Positions 42,613 through 56,969 are shown, counted from the stretch's first letter. The stretch: DNA of 64,000 nt from Eledone cirrhosa (GCA_964016885.1 OZ024740.1:116064001-116128000); one strand, 5' to 3'. Made by a program: numbers and translations. The notes: generated from the letters alone by a model not told the origin.

Positions 42613-45600
42613 CTATAGGCGCATGGTCAGAGTAGGCCCATTCACACGAGCCATTCTCGCTACATTCATCCACCTTTTAGCAAATGTACTGGGGGCAGCA
42701 CTTCTCTCTCCACCCTCACCTTCCTTTCCAGGTGAAACTTGAAGAAGTTGATGAGAGATTGGCCGAAGAGAAAAGTGTCTGTCTTCAGTCCTTTTAACCT
42801 GGTCCACCATATAACCTCTTTCGCAACTGCCACCAGACACAGGAAAATTTCTTGCTCTTCCTGACCTAAGGAAGGCGGTGAGTCGATCTTCACTATGGAC
42901 TCGGCCGATAGCCGGATTCGTTTCACACGCAACAGTAGCTGTTCGACAAAATTCCACAAGTCAGTAATGCACGGACATTGGACAAGTGCGTGCAAAACGG
43001 TTTCGTCGTTCTGTGCGCATCTTGGGCAGGTCCGTCTGACAGCACTTCCGTGCCTGTAGAGTTTATCCCGAACCGGCAGAGCCCCCCGGTAGCACTGCCA
43101 AGCGAGGGATTTCTGGAAATTGTCCATCGTCCCCGGCTCAAAATTCCTCCGGTACAGACTGGTCAGTTCGACTTCGTCGAGGCCCAAAGCTTCTCCGAGT
43201 GCATCATCGCACTTGCCCACCACTAATCCTCTATAGAACTCGAGAGTGGAAGTTCCACTGATCGCATTGCCCGCTTGGTAGAGGGCAGTGAGTGCCTGGA
43301 AACATTCCAGGTGCCAGTCAACCAGTCTCGGTCTCTTCTTGACCCAGGACTGCGGCTCAGTCAGAGAAATGAGCTGCGGAAAGGCCCGTCTGATAAACGG
43401 CGACCACACCTGTTCACCGTTGAGGCAGAATATCTGGAGATGCCGCAGCCTCAGCGCGTGCCTGAGCATCATTAGCCACGGCTGGCAGCAGATGGACCGC
43501 TGGCAGCAGATGGACCGCCTCACCAACAGAACTTGTCCCCTCCACAAGAATATGAAATGGAGCCGTTCCAACTTGACGAGGCGCGGACGGGGGCGAGGCA
43601 CGACGGTCAGGCGGTAGTAGATGACGGACGCGATGTACGCATTCGCCACCTCCGCGCGACCTTTCAGTGATAGCTTCCTCCCAGCCCATTTTTGGGTGAG
43701 ACTGGCTACTCTGCTCGTTACCTCGTCCCAATTCTTTTCCACCTGGGGGTCTGGTTCGAACCAAACCCCGAGCAACTTTACCGGTCCGTCCGTCCAGCGC
43801 CCCACGTTCCAAGCTGCAAGCCTACCGACTTTTCCGGATTAAGTTTGGCTCCTGTCAACCTTTCATATTCCTTCAATAAGGTGCCGACCACCTCGATTTC
43901 TGAGGTGTTCGACACCATCACGGTGATGTCGTCCGCATAAGCCGACACCGCCTTTCCACGTCCCGGTGCGAGCGGGATGCCCTGAAACAGCTCCAGCTTC
44001 CGCAGTAAAGGTTCGAGAGTCAATACGTACAGAAGCGAAGAGAGAGGGCACCCTTGACGGACCGATCGGGAGAGCCGAAATGGTTCCGAGACGTGGCCAT
44101 TAACCTTGACCACCGAGCGTGTGCCGCTGAGCATTGCAGCGATCCAGCTTCTGAAGACAGGGCCGAAGCCAGCTGCTTTGAGGACAAATTCCAGATACCG
44201 ATGGTCGACCCTATCGAATGCTTTCGATTGATCTAAATTGATCAGTGCCCCACCGAAGCCAGGTTTACACCCTACCCCCTCTATGATGTATCGCATGAGG
44301 TGGAGATTGTCGTGTATGGACCTGGCTGGGATTGCGCAAGTTTGCGCCTCCCAACCAAATCCTCGACGACAAGCGCCAATCTCTTTGCTAACACCTTGGC
44401 CAAAATCTTAAACTCTGTGTTGAGCAGAGTTATGGGCCTGAAGTTGTCTAATGTATCCCTCTTGTTCTCGTCTTTCCTTATCAGCGTCACCACTCCCCTG
44501 CTCACAGAACTGGGAATACTCCCATTCTGCTGCCAGTTGCAGTAGAGTGCTTCGAGGAGATCGGAGAACAAGTCTGGCATATTTACGTAAAGCTCGTAGG
44601 GCACGCCATCCAAACCGGGTAACTTGCGCCTCATGCAGCCGACAATGGCGTCCTGAATTTCGGCTGAAGTAATCGGCCTTTCGCAGCGCTCAGCGTCGAC
44701 CGTCGAGATGCGCGGGAAGCCGTCAAGGTAGGAGCTGTAATCCGCTACTCTCTCTGACTCGCCACTCTCCCCGAACAACCGAGCAAAGTGCTGGCGAAAG
44801 GCCTCACACATCCGCTTGGAATCGCTTATCTCGTGTCCGTCTCGGTTCGCCAAAGACCGAATTATGGTTTTATTACCACGCTGCGCCTCCGCCACGCGGG
44901 CCCATCGAACAGCTTTGGTTCCCTCGTTTTTCAGCGCACGCGCCTTAGCTCTGACAATGCAACCTTCGTGTTTCGCATTGAAGAAATGGTCTAATGCCAT
45001 TCTTGCCGCTAGCACGTTAGTTGCAATGCCACTACAAATAGCCTCGTCTAACTTATCTACCAGCTCCCCCTCCTTTCTATTTTTATCTAACGCTAGTTCT
45101 TTGCTGAACTCTATCGAAGTTACTCTAATCTCTCTTTTGAGAGCCCCCCAGCATCTGTTGTTGATGATCCCCCCTGTCAACTTTTGCTTAACTAAATTGT
45201 TGACTCGGTCCCTGTAAGCCTTACGTGCCGGAAATGACATGTTCAGCTTCCAGTAACCCGGTCCTAACCTACGCGTTTTATTTAGGTCGACCGTACAGAT
45301 CACAAATTTGTGATCTGAATAGGCGACGGTTTTAAAAAGTGGGCAGCCCACACTATTTCTATCTATTTTCCTAATGAAGATCCTGTCTATATACGATCTA
45401 GATGACCCCATTCGGTTGGTCCATGTCCATACTGGCACATTGGGGGAAATCTAGTCGATACCTGTCAGACAGTTGGAACTGGCTGAGTAGGTGCTTGAGG
45501 CTTTTGCACCCCTCGCTCCTATCGGCTACTCCCACACAATCCCATCGTGCGTCTAAGATGCCATTCCAGTCCCACGCTAACAGTAAAGGGCGAGACGTAC

Positions 45601-45870
45601 CCAGAAAGGTCTCCAGGCGCCTAAAGAAGTCGGGTCGTCCGGCCCCTGTAGGGGCGTAGTCGGCCAGCAGTCTAAAGGCACCACCTTCGTTACTGCTCAC
45701 ATCCAAGACCACCAACTAACCGTCCGGGTCCCGGAAGATCGACCTTACCTCGCGATCCAGTCCTTTCCTAAACAGCACTGCCACCCCATCCCCATTCCCG
45801 GCCTGCTAACAGATGCGAAGATCTGATAGTCGTCGAAAATGGGGGCTAGTGCGCGCGTGTCGGAAATTCT
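42613..45870 (-). pseudogene. LINE ORF2 (APE endonuclease, RT, CCHC-type C-terminus), multiple frameshifts
   Basis: GVAVLF, DWNG, SYIDRIF, YSDH; PGLDG, NFRPITLLN, LDQSKAFDRV, RQGCPLS, AYADD; CPRC..ETVLHALVQC. Confidence 0.92.
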
Positions 45871-47260
45871 GTCTTTTTGTGTTTTGTTGGGGCTTTTTTG
45901 GGGGGTGAGTTTTCTTTTTTTTTTGCACTTTTCGGTTTTCCTTCATCTTCGCTGCTGGAAGACAAACAGTCTGTGGCTGTGAGTGCCTCTGTGTGGGGGG
46001 GGGGGGAGAGCTTTCCTCGTTTTCCCCTTGGATTGGTTTTGGTGTTGGTGGTGATCCGGCTGTTTTTGATGTTGGTGTCCGTGTCTTTGTTGGTGTTGTT
46101 TTTTGGTGGTGGTGGTGGTGGTGCAGCTTTCCGTGCTGACACTGGCGTTGGCAACAAAGGAGGTTTGCGACCCTCTGCATTTTTGTGCTGAGGGCAGAAG
46201 GCTTGCAGATGCGTTGCTTCCCCGCAGACGAAGCAGCGTGGCCTTTTCCCGTCAATGATTAGTTGGATTGTTGTCCCGTCCTGCAGGCGGGCAAAATCCG
46301 GCATGTTGTTCATGTCCTCCGGTTTCATTTGGAGAAGAATCTCCAAATCCATTCCAGACCAGTCCTCTCTCTCTGTCCTTTTGATATCCAGGAGGGTAGT
46401 GTTTGTCCCCTCCTCGATTACGCATCCCAGCAGCCACCATATGTTCATTCCTGGTGGGATGCTGGGAATGCGGACCTTTACTGTCCTTTTACCCATGTAA
46501 GACGGATGCATGATAATGCGTTCCGTTCTGCAGGGGGTCACTGAGTGCTTAATAGCAAAGGCCTCGGTTTTGAACAGTACCGAGATGGTACGAACTGTTT
46601 GCCTCTTGCTTTATACTCTATGTTACTTCCGATGTACTCCAAAGCATCCTCGACCTCTGCTTGGCTGGCAAGTTCCACTTTTCGTGTCTGCACCGAAATG
46701 CATCGAAAGTACACCGCCCCCCTTTGCATGGCCGCTATTGCCTCGTCCGGGATGGTCAGGTTTAACCAGGACTTCTCCCGTTTAATTAGCCTCCACGCTT
46801 GTGCCAACTGTTCGTCTTTATCGCTAATATCAATATCAATATTCCCTAAGTGCTTTGCTTTTGCTGCTGCTGCAGCAAATGTGGTGCTTCTGATGCTCTT
46901 GTTGTTGGTGTTGTCATTCTTGCTGTTGTTATTGGTGTTGTTGTTGTTGTTTTGTTTGTTGATGATGTTGCCACCGCCATCCGTGTTTACATTGAAGCTG
47001 TCGGTGTTATTGTCATTATTGCTCTGAGTTGTTGTTGTTGTGGTGGTGGTGGTGGTGGCGGTGGTAATGATGTCGTTTGCAGATGATACTGCTGCTATCA
47101 CAGAAGGTTGTGATGGTAGCTTTTTAGTTTTGCCTTCACATTCAGTAGAGTGGGTGACAGGCATGACTGTAGCCGTTGTAGTTGTGGTGAAATCTACAGT
47201 GGCTGCCTTTAAACTTTTGACCTGAACGTTGTTTACCGTTTCAAGGTCGAACATTTCCAT
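45871..47260 (-). pseudogene. LINE ORF1 (gag-like, zinc knuckle), frameshifted near 46560
   Basis: CFVCGEATHLQAFC (CX2CX4HX4C); T/N-rich N-terminus; directly upstream of ORF2. Confidence 0.85.
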
Positions 47261-47496
47261 ATTTTTTGGTGGGGAAGCGATTCTTTTCGAAGTTTTTTTT
47301 AAATAAATCTGAATATTCGGGCTTAAAACCCGAATATTGAGAGGTATCCCTCTCTTTAAATCAAGATGTGTACCTTAAGTTTCGTTTACGACAAGAAAAT
47401 ACAAAAAATGACACTTTAAAACAGCTTAAAGTTACGAACCTTTTCCCCCGCAGATTTGTACTGTCTTCACACATGTGCGTCCATATAATAATAATG

Positions 47497-47655
47497 ATAA
47501 TGGTTTCTTATGTGGGCACAAGCCCAGCAATTTTTTTTGGGGGGGGGGGGTGATTAAATCGGCCCCAGTGCATTACTTGTGTTTTATTTTATCGATCCCG
47601 TAAGAATAGCAAAGCTAACCTCGGCGGGATAAAATAAAGTAGAAGTAATGCACTG
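47497..47655 (-). mobile_element. Dominant SINE 3' part, whose (ATT)n tail abuts the LINE 5' end
   Basis: GGCACAAGCCCAGCAATTT..CCCCAGTGCATTAC..TTTTATCGA. Confidence 0.75.
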
Positions 47656-47679
47656 GAAGAAGAAGGAGAAGACGAAGAA

Positions 47680-47930
47680 ATTGTTTCTTTATTAGCCACC
47701 TGGGCTGAAATTCAAGGGACAATATAAATGGACAAGGACGGTGAAGGTTTACAAATAATAGCGTGTTCACAAAGGAAACAAACAAAAGAAGGTAACAAAA
47801 TAAAAATTAAATTTAAAACAACAGAATTCCCTAATAGCGGAGAGCACCACCCAGGGGTAATTTAAGAACCCCGCTGATCCGAAATCATCCTAAGAGTCAA
47901 GAGCACCATAAGATGGTGTACCTCTCCTCA
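47680..47930 (-). mobile_element. Diverged 3' UTR fragment of the L1/Tx1 family
   Basis: TTTCTTTATTAGCCAC..GGGACAAT..GTTTACA..ACCACCCAGGGGT similar to 42337-42600. Confidence 0.65.
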
Positions 47931-48407
47931 CTGAACCCTTCCAGAATGGTTTCTGATTTAAGTACAAAACCAACAAATCGACCCCAGTGCATTACTGGTG
48001 CTTTATTTTATCGACCCTTCAAGAATAAGAGCAAGAAAAATCTGATCATAGATCGCCATTCTGTCCTTTTGACACCAGAATAGAGTAAAAGGAATAAAAG
48101 AAGTTGAGCAGCTACAACCTTTTGAAATTAATGAATTAACTCGGCTGTAGACCATGTAGAAAGTTACTATTATATCAATTGTTATTGCTTTATTTGGTAC
48201 AGTGGCAGATAGGATTGAAACATGCGTGAAGAAAATCGAGATAGACTGTCCAATAGAGATGAAAGCATACCGCCTGGGAATAGCAAGAATCATTCAAATG
48301 ACAAACTTCTAGAAAAAAGTGTATGACACCTAACATTACTCTTTATAGTCCTCTACCAACGCATTTGACTAGATTTTATTATCTTATCTCAAACAGAGAT
48401 AGATAAC

Positions 48408-48610
48408 TGTTCCTAATCTTGGCACAAGGCCAGCAATTTTGATAATAAATTGACCGTAGTATTTGACTGGTACTTTATTTTATCGACCTTGAAAAATGTA
48501 AGGCAAAGTTGACTTCGGCAGGATTTGAATTCAGAACGCAGTGTGCCGGAACAAATAACGAGGTATTATAAATCAGAAGCCCTAAAGACACTGCCAGTTC
48601 GTTGCCTCAT
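48408..48610 (-). mobile_element. Dominant SINE copy
   Basis: GGCACAAGGCCAGCAATTT..CTGGTACTTTATTTTATCGACC..ATTTGAATTCAGAAC. Confidence 0.8.
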
Positions 48611-48979
48611 AAGTTGTGTATAGGAGTTATTTTTACAATGAAATATAGAGAGTGACTTTGATGCTTTGTCTGTGGTTGGTTTTCTCAGATTGCTGAAACC
48701 GACTACAGGCGAAACTTCACTGCCAAAGTTTACCGTCTCTCTCTCTCACTCACATACATACACTCTCTCTTCCCCCATCCCCCCTCTCTCTATATATAGA
48801 TACACATATATATACATGTGCGCATGTGAGTGTTATACATATATGTATATATAACAATATATAAAACAATACATATATATATATACATAGATGCATACAT
48901 AAATACGTACATACATATAAATTTACTTAAATGTATTTCCCCATGTATGTGTGCATGTGTATGTGAGTGGTGTGTGTGT

Positions 48980-49065
<86 letters not shown>

Positions 49066-50469
49066 TATCTCATTTCTATTAAGTTATCTTTATGATGTCA
49101 CCGACACAATCAGTTTTCTATCGTAGTTAAAATAGTAATTTAATAAGCCTCGAATCTGTTTCGCCCCAAAATCCGACCAACATAAACATCATGTCGAAAT
49201 TGTGTGAAATGACTAACTATTACAAACAACTCTGGCAATTATTTCATCAGGAAGAACATATCCAAGATAAACCTCTCCATAAATACAAAACCCACATATC
49301 AACCTCATTTCAAATAATAGAAATATATAATTTATATAAACAGGATTGGCTGATCAACAGAAGATATGACATAAAAACTGATAGTCAATAAAATACTAAT
49401 CTCTTTGTGCAGTATATTTTTAGTAGTGTGAATACGCCCAGAATAAAATACTTTTCTTTAACGACTGTAAATAGATTAAAAACTGTAAAGTGGAGCAGAT
49501 AGGTCACAAAAATCAAACAGCATGCAAAGTGGTTTTTTTTTTTTTCGTAGACGTCATAATATTTCCTTTGAATCACTAGTTTATAATTGAGTCTTAGTTA
49601 AAATTAAAAAAATGTTTTCATTGTGTGTAAATATTCAGATAATTATTGAATCATGGTAAAGCTAAACATTTCTATTTGTAGTGAAATCGTGTATTGCCAC
49701 GTTGGCATTTTCTGCAAATCCAATAATTTTGGTGCATAAATTCCCGCCAAAAGACACACATAGAAGAGGTGGTCTTTTTGTATAAAAGATAAAGCAACTT
49801 TGAACCACAAATCATCACATTCTCTGTTTGAGAATTTGGTCTCCCATAATTTTCTTCACGTGCTTCAATGTTTTAAGTTAATTCCACAGTTGACCCGTTC
49901 AGCATCACTGCCCCAGTGAATCAGGCCTGGACGAAGAAGGGAAGTGTTCTCTGGTGTGTATGTAGGAGCCCATGTGTATACCACCTCGTGATCCCAGCGG
50001 ACGGATTGAAGAAAACATTGCCCCAGAGAATGGCGAGAGAGACGCGCTGGTTCGCTCCCGCGGATAGCCAACTCCACCTTGATAGTAGCGACTAAGGATG
50101 TGGTCCGGGGTCCAAGAACGCAGGAAGTCTCCACTGCTACAGATTCGGATACAACCTATCGGAAAACGACCAACATTTCGAAAGTTTGGCCTCTTCAGTC
50201 GGACAAATGCACCAGATTTCCGCTGGAGAAGGTGGTGTCACAGCATGTAGCAACGAAACAGCCGGGTGTTATTCCCCTGATTACCACACATGATGATCAA
50301 GTAGTTAAGAATGTTACTGCCTCTGGCCACGAGGCCAGATAGACAGAAGATTTGTCAACCACCTGAATTCTTCGCTGAAACATTTATCCTAATTTTCTCT
50401 CTTTCACCTTTGCATTTATGTGAACACTATCATTCTACACTCGCCTTGACAACATACACAATTAATTAC

Positions 50470-50960
50470 ACTGGTCAACAAAATTTTGCTTTTTTTTTTT
50501 TCTGCTGACCAATGTTTGAGAACTTGTTCTTGGGTAATTTGGGACCGCTGGGTTTAAAAATGACAATACCGTTTTTCTATCACATCAAGTTTTTTTTTAT
50601 CTATGGGCTGATCCATATTGGCCCCACCCATAGCTACAAGAGATAACACACTGGTCAACAAAATGTTGCTTGTTTTCTGCTGACCAAAGTTTGAAACCTG
50701 TTCTTGAGTAACTTGAGACCGCTACAAATTGGTCTAAAAATGACAATACCTTTTTTCTAGCACTTCAAGTTTTCACTTGGCCAACAAGGAGGGTATACAA
50801 AATATCCGTGTTTCCTGTGTTTATGGGATAGCCAAGCGAAAGACAAACATTAAAGCCTGATGTGTTAGGGGGAAATGGATGCCATATTTGAAATCAGCAC
50901 CTCAAAATTAGCTAAAAACAACAACGAAACCTAAGTCAGCAAAAGATGTGTTGACCAGTG
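50470..50960. mobile_element. MITE-like DNA element with terminal inverted repeats and a duplicated left end
   Basis: CACTGGTCAACAAAAT at 50470 and 50650; TGTTGACCAGTG at 50949-50960. Confidence 0.6.
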
Positions 50961-51399
50961 CCATTCAATCAACAAATTCTCTTCATCTACCCACGACATT
51001 TCTGTTCTTCATAAGTTATGCCAAACACTCAAAATTGTTCCTTCTATTACCAACATATCACCATTATCGATTGTAACTATGTAATTTGACAATCTCATGA
51101 AATTTGGAACGGTACTTCCGATTCAATTAATAGCGAAATATTTATAGCATTATTCTTCACAGGACAATATATAATTGTTTCCTCTGTATTGTCACATACG
51201 AAACGTCCTCTTTTTCTGCTTTCATTAATATAGTTTAATAGAACATTATACGATGCTTTGCTGAAGATTCATCCACGTGCTGTCGAGTAAACAGCAACAG
51301 CAGTAGTAGCAACAACAACAGAAACTGGGCTGTATTGCGGATCGATTATCAGTTAATAGACTTTGGCTTTAGTTCGTATACCATATGAGTGGATTATCG

Positions 51400-51775
51400 C
51401 AGCATTAGAATGAACCAAAGTTCCACAAGCATTGTTAGAAACCATTGCTATTTAATATTTACCCAAGACATGGTACACCACTTTATTTCTCAGAGGAGAT
51501 AATGAACCAATCCAATCTGACACCACACGTTATCAACAAGGCATCCTGCAGGGTGATAGTTTGTCAGTACTGCTCTTTGTTTTCTCGTTAAACACGTTAT
51601 CGTACCTGATCACAAAATATGGTGTTTATATAAAATGGGTGCCCTGAATGCAGAAACATCTGCCAATTTTCTTTGCAGGTGACCTGAAGATGCACGGATC
51701 AAGTATTAACCACATGAAAAAGCAATTGGATCTCATTACCCAATATTCCACAGACATTATGCATTTTGGTGGCAT
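51400..51775 (+). pseudogene. Old non-LTR RT relic (R4/Dong-like)
   Basis: GILQGDSLSVLLFVFSLNTLS and FFAGDLKM..QLDLITQYSTDIMHFG. Confidence 0.7.
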
Positions 51776-52119
51776 GACGAAGACAAATTGCTTCTTGCAA
51801 CAAAATCAACAAGAGAAACAAAACAAAAACACAAGAAAAACAAAACAACGACAGCAAAAGAACAACTGCTAAACAGGAACGCCTCGACAATTCAGCCTAT
51901 AAATTCACGTGAGAACTGAATATAACTTGAACAGAGTGAGACTCCCAGGTATGATGGATACATTAACAAAATGGCAAAAAGAGACGGGAGAAAGAGGGAG
52001 ATATACCCATTGATAGATGGGAAGATAGAGAGAGAGGAAGAAGAACGTAGTTAGATAAAGAAAAGAAAGCGATGTAGAGAACGAATGAAGGAGAGAGGGA
52101 GGAGAAAGAGGGAATCAAT

Positions 52120-52262
52120 CCCGATACTAGACTGGTACCTTATTAATCGACCTCGAAAGGATGAAAGACAAAGTTTATCTCGGTGAGATTTGAACTCAGT
52201 GAACTGAAAACAGTACCACAACACATTCTATCCAACGCTCTAACGACTCTGCAAATTCGCCG
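52120..52262 (-). mobile_element. Dominant SINE copy
   Basis: CTGGTACC..ATCGACCTCGAAAGGATGAAAG..TTTGAACTCAG..CTAACGACTCTGC. Confidence 0.75.
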
Positions 52263-53121
52263 ATTTGAAGATTACCACAATGTAATATTCACCAAGTATC
52301 TTCTGTAGAAAAGCTAAAAACTTCAACAGACAACTCTGCGGTAAAATCCAAACTGAAGACATTAGTTAACTGTGAGAGAATGTCCTCTAGATACTATTTC
52401 CCCTTTTCTCAACATTTATAGTGTGGTAGCCACAGAAGTCAAGAATAGCGAAAGAAAGGGAAAAAACCCCGTTAAAGATGAATATATTAACATCGAGGGA
52501 CAGTCGTGGCATAGTGGTTAATGTTCCCGATCATAAGGCCGTGAGTTAGTTTCCTGTATTGGGCGGTACATGGTGTCCTTTCAAAAACACTTTGTTTTAC
52601 CTTGTTCCATTCCATTCAGCTGGAAAAGAATAAGTTGTGATGACACTGGTGCCAAGTTGTAGATGCCATTGCCTTTCACTTCGACAACAAAACCACGGTC
52701 AATCAGTCTTGAATGGCCAGTCATGACCTTAGTGGCCTCTTCCTTTATTGAAATCGATGGCTAAAACATAACGGCAATGTGGTAAGAAAGGTACAGGAGA
52801 TATTTATGGGACATTTATGAGGTCTCAGCATAACAAATTATTCTTTCAGCATTATATCCATTATTATTGGAACAAAAAGTATAGATCAACTCGCCTGGAT
52901 TAAAATATGACTGGATTTGGACTTCTAATAATAGAATGCAGCTTCTCAATTCTTAATCTACCGATGATCTCGATATATGGAACTATAAAGGTTTGTAAGA
53001 CTTTCTTAAAGTTTAAAGGGTTAAAGGTTTGCTACTGAACAGGTGGTTGGTCAAAGTAAACAAAGCAAAAAGTAACAAACCTACTTAAATACATACGTAC
53101 ATACATACATACATACATACA

Positions 53122-53528
53122 TGGTGGCTGCCAACTCGTTTTCGAGTACGGCCACTACTTTATATCCATGTAGGAGAACCCCTACCGATGCGCTGAACGA
53201 ATGTGACTTTTTAGTCCAGCCAGCGACTTGAAAACTCTGGTACAAAGACTACACTTGTGACCATTATTGACACATAGTGCAGGGCCCATGGTACCGTGTG
53301 ATGACAAGTGCAGAGAGATCTCCAGATATAAAGCAATGCCTGTGCTGTGAAGCTTTTATAGTGAGCAAAGGCACTGCACAAAGCCAGTCCCACTCTCTTA
53401 ACCAAGATGATATTTACCAAAAAGAAGAACAAGTCAACATCATTGGATACCATCAGGGTTGCAGGTGTTATATCAGTGTTGTCCTTCTCCTAGAATTCTG
53501 CCTTGACAAAGGCTAAGGGGTCATCTCA
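53122..53528 (-). mobile_element. Truncated second copy of the 25133-25741 element in a (TACA)n tract
   Basis: Only about three substitutions visible over ~400 bp. Confidence 0.8.
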
Positions 53529-53953
53529 TATACATACATACATACATACATACATACATACATACATACATACATACATACATACATACATACATACTTA
53601 AGTGTACAGTGATATATGTTCAATTTATCTTACGGTATTGTTCCAGAATAGGTACGGTCAAATGTCAAATGATTTATGTCAGAAATATCAAAATAATGTT
53701 ATTTAAAACGAAGCAACAAATATATGATCTGCTGTCCTAACAAGTAAGGTTTCTTCTCCAACAGTTTTGTGGATTAAATTCAAATCTAATAAAAACAATT
53801 TATAAAACCCTAAGGTGTTAACCTTTAGTTCACTGTTGATTTAACCTTATATCACCCCAGGGAGGAAAGATAGAGATCATTAGACCCATCACCAACTGAA
53901 CAACCTAAACACACATATATACATACACACATACACATACATACATACATACA

Positions 53954-53989
<36 letters not shown>

Positions 53990-54539
53990 CATGTGTGTGT
54001 CTGTGTGTGTGTGTGTGTGTATACCTATACACTTATAGACATTCATAAAACATAATTCATACACATAAACACACACACACATATATATATACATAGAAAC
54101 ACATACATACATACATACATACATACATACATACATACATACATACATACATACATACATACATACTTATACCCACAAAGACGAAGAACAATCAGCGACT
54201 AGAAAATGGTAAATGCCAGTTGAAATTTTATGAAAGAAACTACCAGTAAATGAGTCTCTGATTTTTAAAAATCTAATTTGTAACATATGTAAACATTTCT
54301 TTTTCTTATATTTCTAAGGCGAAAGAAAAAAATAATAAAGAGGGGTTTGTAGGGGACACCCCCTCCATATTGTTGTTTTAGTTTGTTGTAATTGATACTT
54401 CCCGTGAAGTCTACTGCAAAGAACACATGCTGTTGATACAATAACATTTCTAAAATGTGGCAATGTTAAATAATTGGTTGGAATAATTACTTTTGAAAGA
54501 GAATCTTGAATGAACATTTCCTACATCTGAACAGATTTA

Positions 54540-54850
54540 GCTTTGTTTTTATATAGAACTGAGGTCAACTATACGACTGTGTTTATAACAGAACTACTGA
54601 GGTCAACTATAGGATTGTGTTTAAAATGAATAACTCAGCTCAACTATATGGCTGTATTGGTAAAGAACACAGTTCAACTATATGACTATGTATATGAAGA
54701 AGTTCAATTATACAGCAATGTTTATAAAATACGTAACCCAACTGTACGACTATCTTTATAAAGAAGTTTCTCAGCTCAACTATACTGCTGTGTTTATATA
54801 GAAGAACTAAGACAAACTATATGACTTTGATCATAAAGAAGTTTCTCAGA
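54540..54850. repeat. Degenerate ~40-45-bp tandem repeat
   Basis: Recurrent CAACTATA..CTGTGTTTAT..AGAA. Confidence 0.7.
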
Positions 54851-54902
54851 TCTACTCTGGTTTCCATAAATGAACAGATTTGCAGAGTTGTCATATTAGG
54901 CT

Positions 54903-55060
54903 AGGCGGCGATTTGGCAGAGTCGTTCGAACGTCGGGTAGAATGTTTCGGATTATTCGTTCTGGATCACTGCTCTCTCAGTTTAAATCCAGCCGAGGTCA
55001 ATTTTGCCTTTCATCGTTATGAGGTCGATAAAAGTACCAGTCTAGTACTGAGGTCGATCT
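54903..55060 (+). mobile_element. Dominant SINE copy
   Basis: AGGCGGCGATTTGGCAGAGTCGTT..GAGGTCAATTTTGCCTTTCATC..GTCGATAAAAGTACCAG. Confidence 0.8.
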
Positions 55061-55399
55061 TTCCTGTATATCTCTTTCTTACTTCCTTTCTTCCACTCTA
55101 TCCTTCTCTGGAAGAAATCTGCTCAATCAGGTTTAAAAATACCCACGAAACTCTGTATGTCAGTGTAGTGCTGGTATGACTCCATCAGGAGTTACGGATT
55201 CATACATACATCTTGAGCTACATGTACCAGGTTGCACTATTTTCCAGAACTTCATGCTTTCTGCGTCAAAAACAATTTTTACATATTTGCTTAACTCTTT
55301 TGACAACAAACCACTCGAAACCGTTCATTTTAAAGTGTTTATATTTATCTAAAAATGTTCTACTATAAATGTATGTACAAGTTGTGCATATATCTCAGA

Positions 55400-55600
55400 T
55401 CAAGTCACTTGCCAGACAAGTACAAGTGTGGCTAATATGATTCTTCGATGCTGTAATAGCTTTAGTTTCAGCACATGGTCTCAAATAATGTCACCTGACA
55501 GACATGTACAACTCTGGCTAATATGATTCTTCCGCGATATAATAGCTTTAGTTTCAGCACATGGTCTCAAGTAAAGTCACTTGCTAGACAAGTACAACTC
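55400..55600. repeat. ~85-bp tandem repeat (about 2.3 copies)
   Basis: TGGCTAATATGATTCTTC..TAATAGCTTTAGTTTCAGCACATGGTCTCAA twice. Confidence 0.75.
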
Positions 55601-55734
55601 CAAAATACATAATGGATGTTATCAGAAAATTATGTAAATGAGCCTGACATCTTGACATCTGATTCTTATTGTTGTCACTGTTATTGTTATTGTTGTTGGA
55701 CCTCCATCGCTTTCAACGACATGTGTATCAGGTG

Positions 55735-56150
55735 ATTGATCAACGGAACAGCTTGTTCGTGAAATGAGCGAGCATGTGGCTGAGCAACCCTCAGACACGC
55801 ACATTCTTAACGTGGTTCTCAGGGAGATTCGGTGTGTAGTTTGTGACAAAGGTGGTCATTTGAATTATAGGTAAAATCCGTCTTGTATTAAAGTACACGT
55901 GGCTTAGTATTCCAGGAACACGTGTATCCTTAATGTCGTTCTCAAGGATTCCAGTGTGGTGCAATGTGTGACAATATTGGCTTTACAAAAATACTGGTAC
56001 AACTCATTTTTTTCGCTAGCTGAGTGGACTGGGGCAACGTGAAATAAATTGTCTGGCTTAAGGACATAACGCGTCGGTTACAAAGAGAAACGAACTCATT
56101 ATTTTACGACCATGAGCCGAAAACAATAATCATAAAGCCACGTGCCTTCA
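55735..56150 (-). mobile_element. tRNA-headed SINE with internal duplication
   Basis: CAACGTGAAATAAA..AAGGACATAACGC..CGAACTC head; body shared with 3360-3712 and 30620-30830. Confidence 0.65.
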
Positions 56151-56302
56151 CAAACTGTTTCTACAACAGTGAGAACCATCAAGACAGTGAGAGTCTAAAC
56201 ATAATTTGCATTATTTGTACTTCAAAGGATTCTGTGATGCGGAATCTTAGTTTTATAATTAGATAAAGATTTCGCGTAAAGAGCTGTGTTTGCAGAATTC
56301 TG

Positions 56303-56411
<109 letters not shown>

Positions 56412-56969
56412 AACCATTTAATACGACTGTTGCGGCCAGATAATGTTTGTTCCTCCCATATCAGTGTAGGTTTGGCTTTTGATATAGATGTGTGGTGTGA
56501 TCAGTTTTGCTTTATATCGGTCTAGAGTGGTATATATCTGGAGAGTGTGGGTTGAGTTTATACATGTGTATAATATTTGCTTGAGTTCGGAGAAAGTGTT
56601 GGAACTTTTCACATTGAAAACTGTGATGGCAGAGGCAGAAAATAAAATAAAAATGTAGAGAATTGTGTTTTTCCTTTGTATTGCATGTCATGTGGATATC
56701 ATATTAATAGCTATAGACGTAGTGTAAAATGTATTCTCTATATCAATAAGTTATAGGCAAAAGACAGCTATGAATTCGTATTAAGCACGGACTAGATGTG
56801 AAATGCAAGTCCCATTTCAAACCTGCTCGTTTTTAAACATCTGGGCTAAATGCATATGATTTATGTATGAGTAATGAGTAGTTATGTACATATGTAGTGT
56901 ACATGATTAGTTACAAGTAACAGAAGAGAATAAAGTAACTAGACTGATTTATATCAAAGTAATTATTTT

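Larger units (their letters stand above)
42320..47483 (-). mobile_element. Near full-length L1/Tx1-clade LINE, inactivated
   Basis: ORF1 and ORF2 relics; 3' AATAAA plus (ATT)n tail; TATAATAATAAT on both flanks (42320-42331, 47484-47495). Confidence 0.92.

Noticed and set aside
54540-54850. CRISPR-like periodic repeat
   Set aside because: Eukaryotic context, degenerate tandem units without unique spacers, no cas genes
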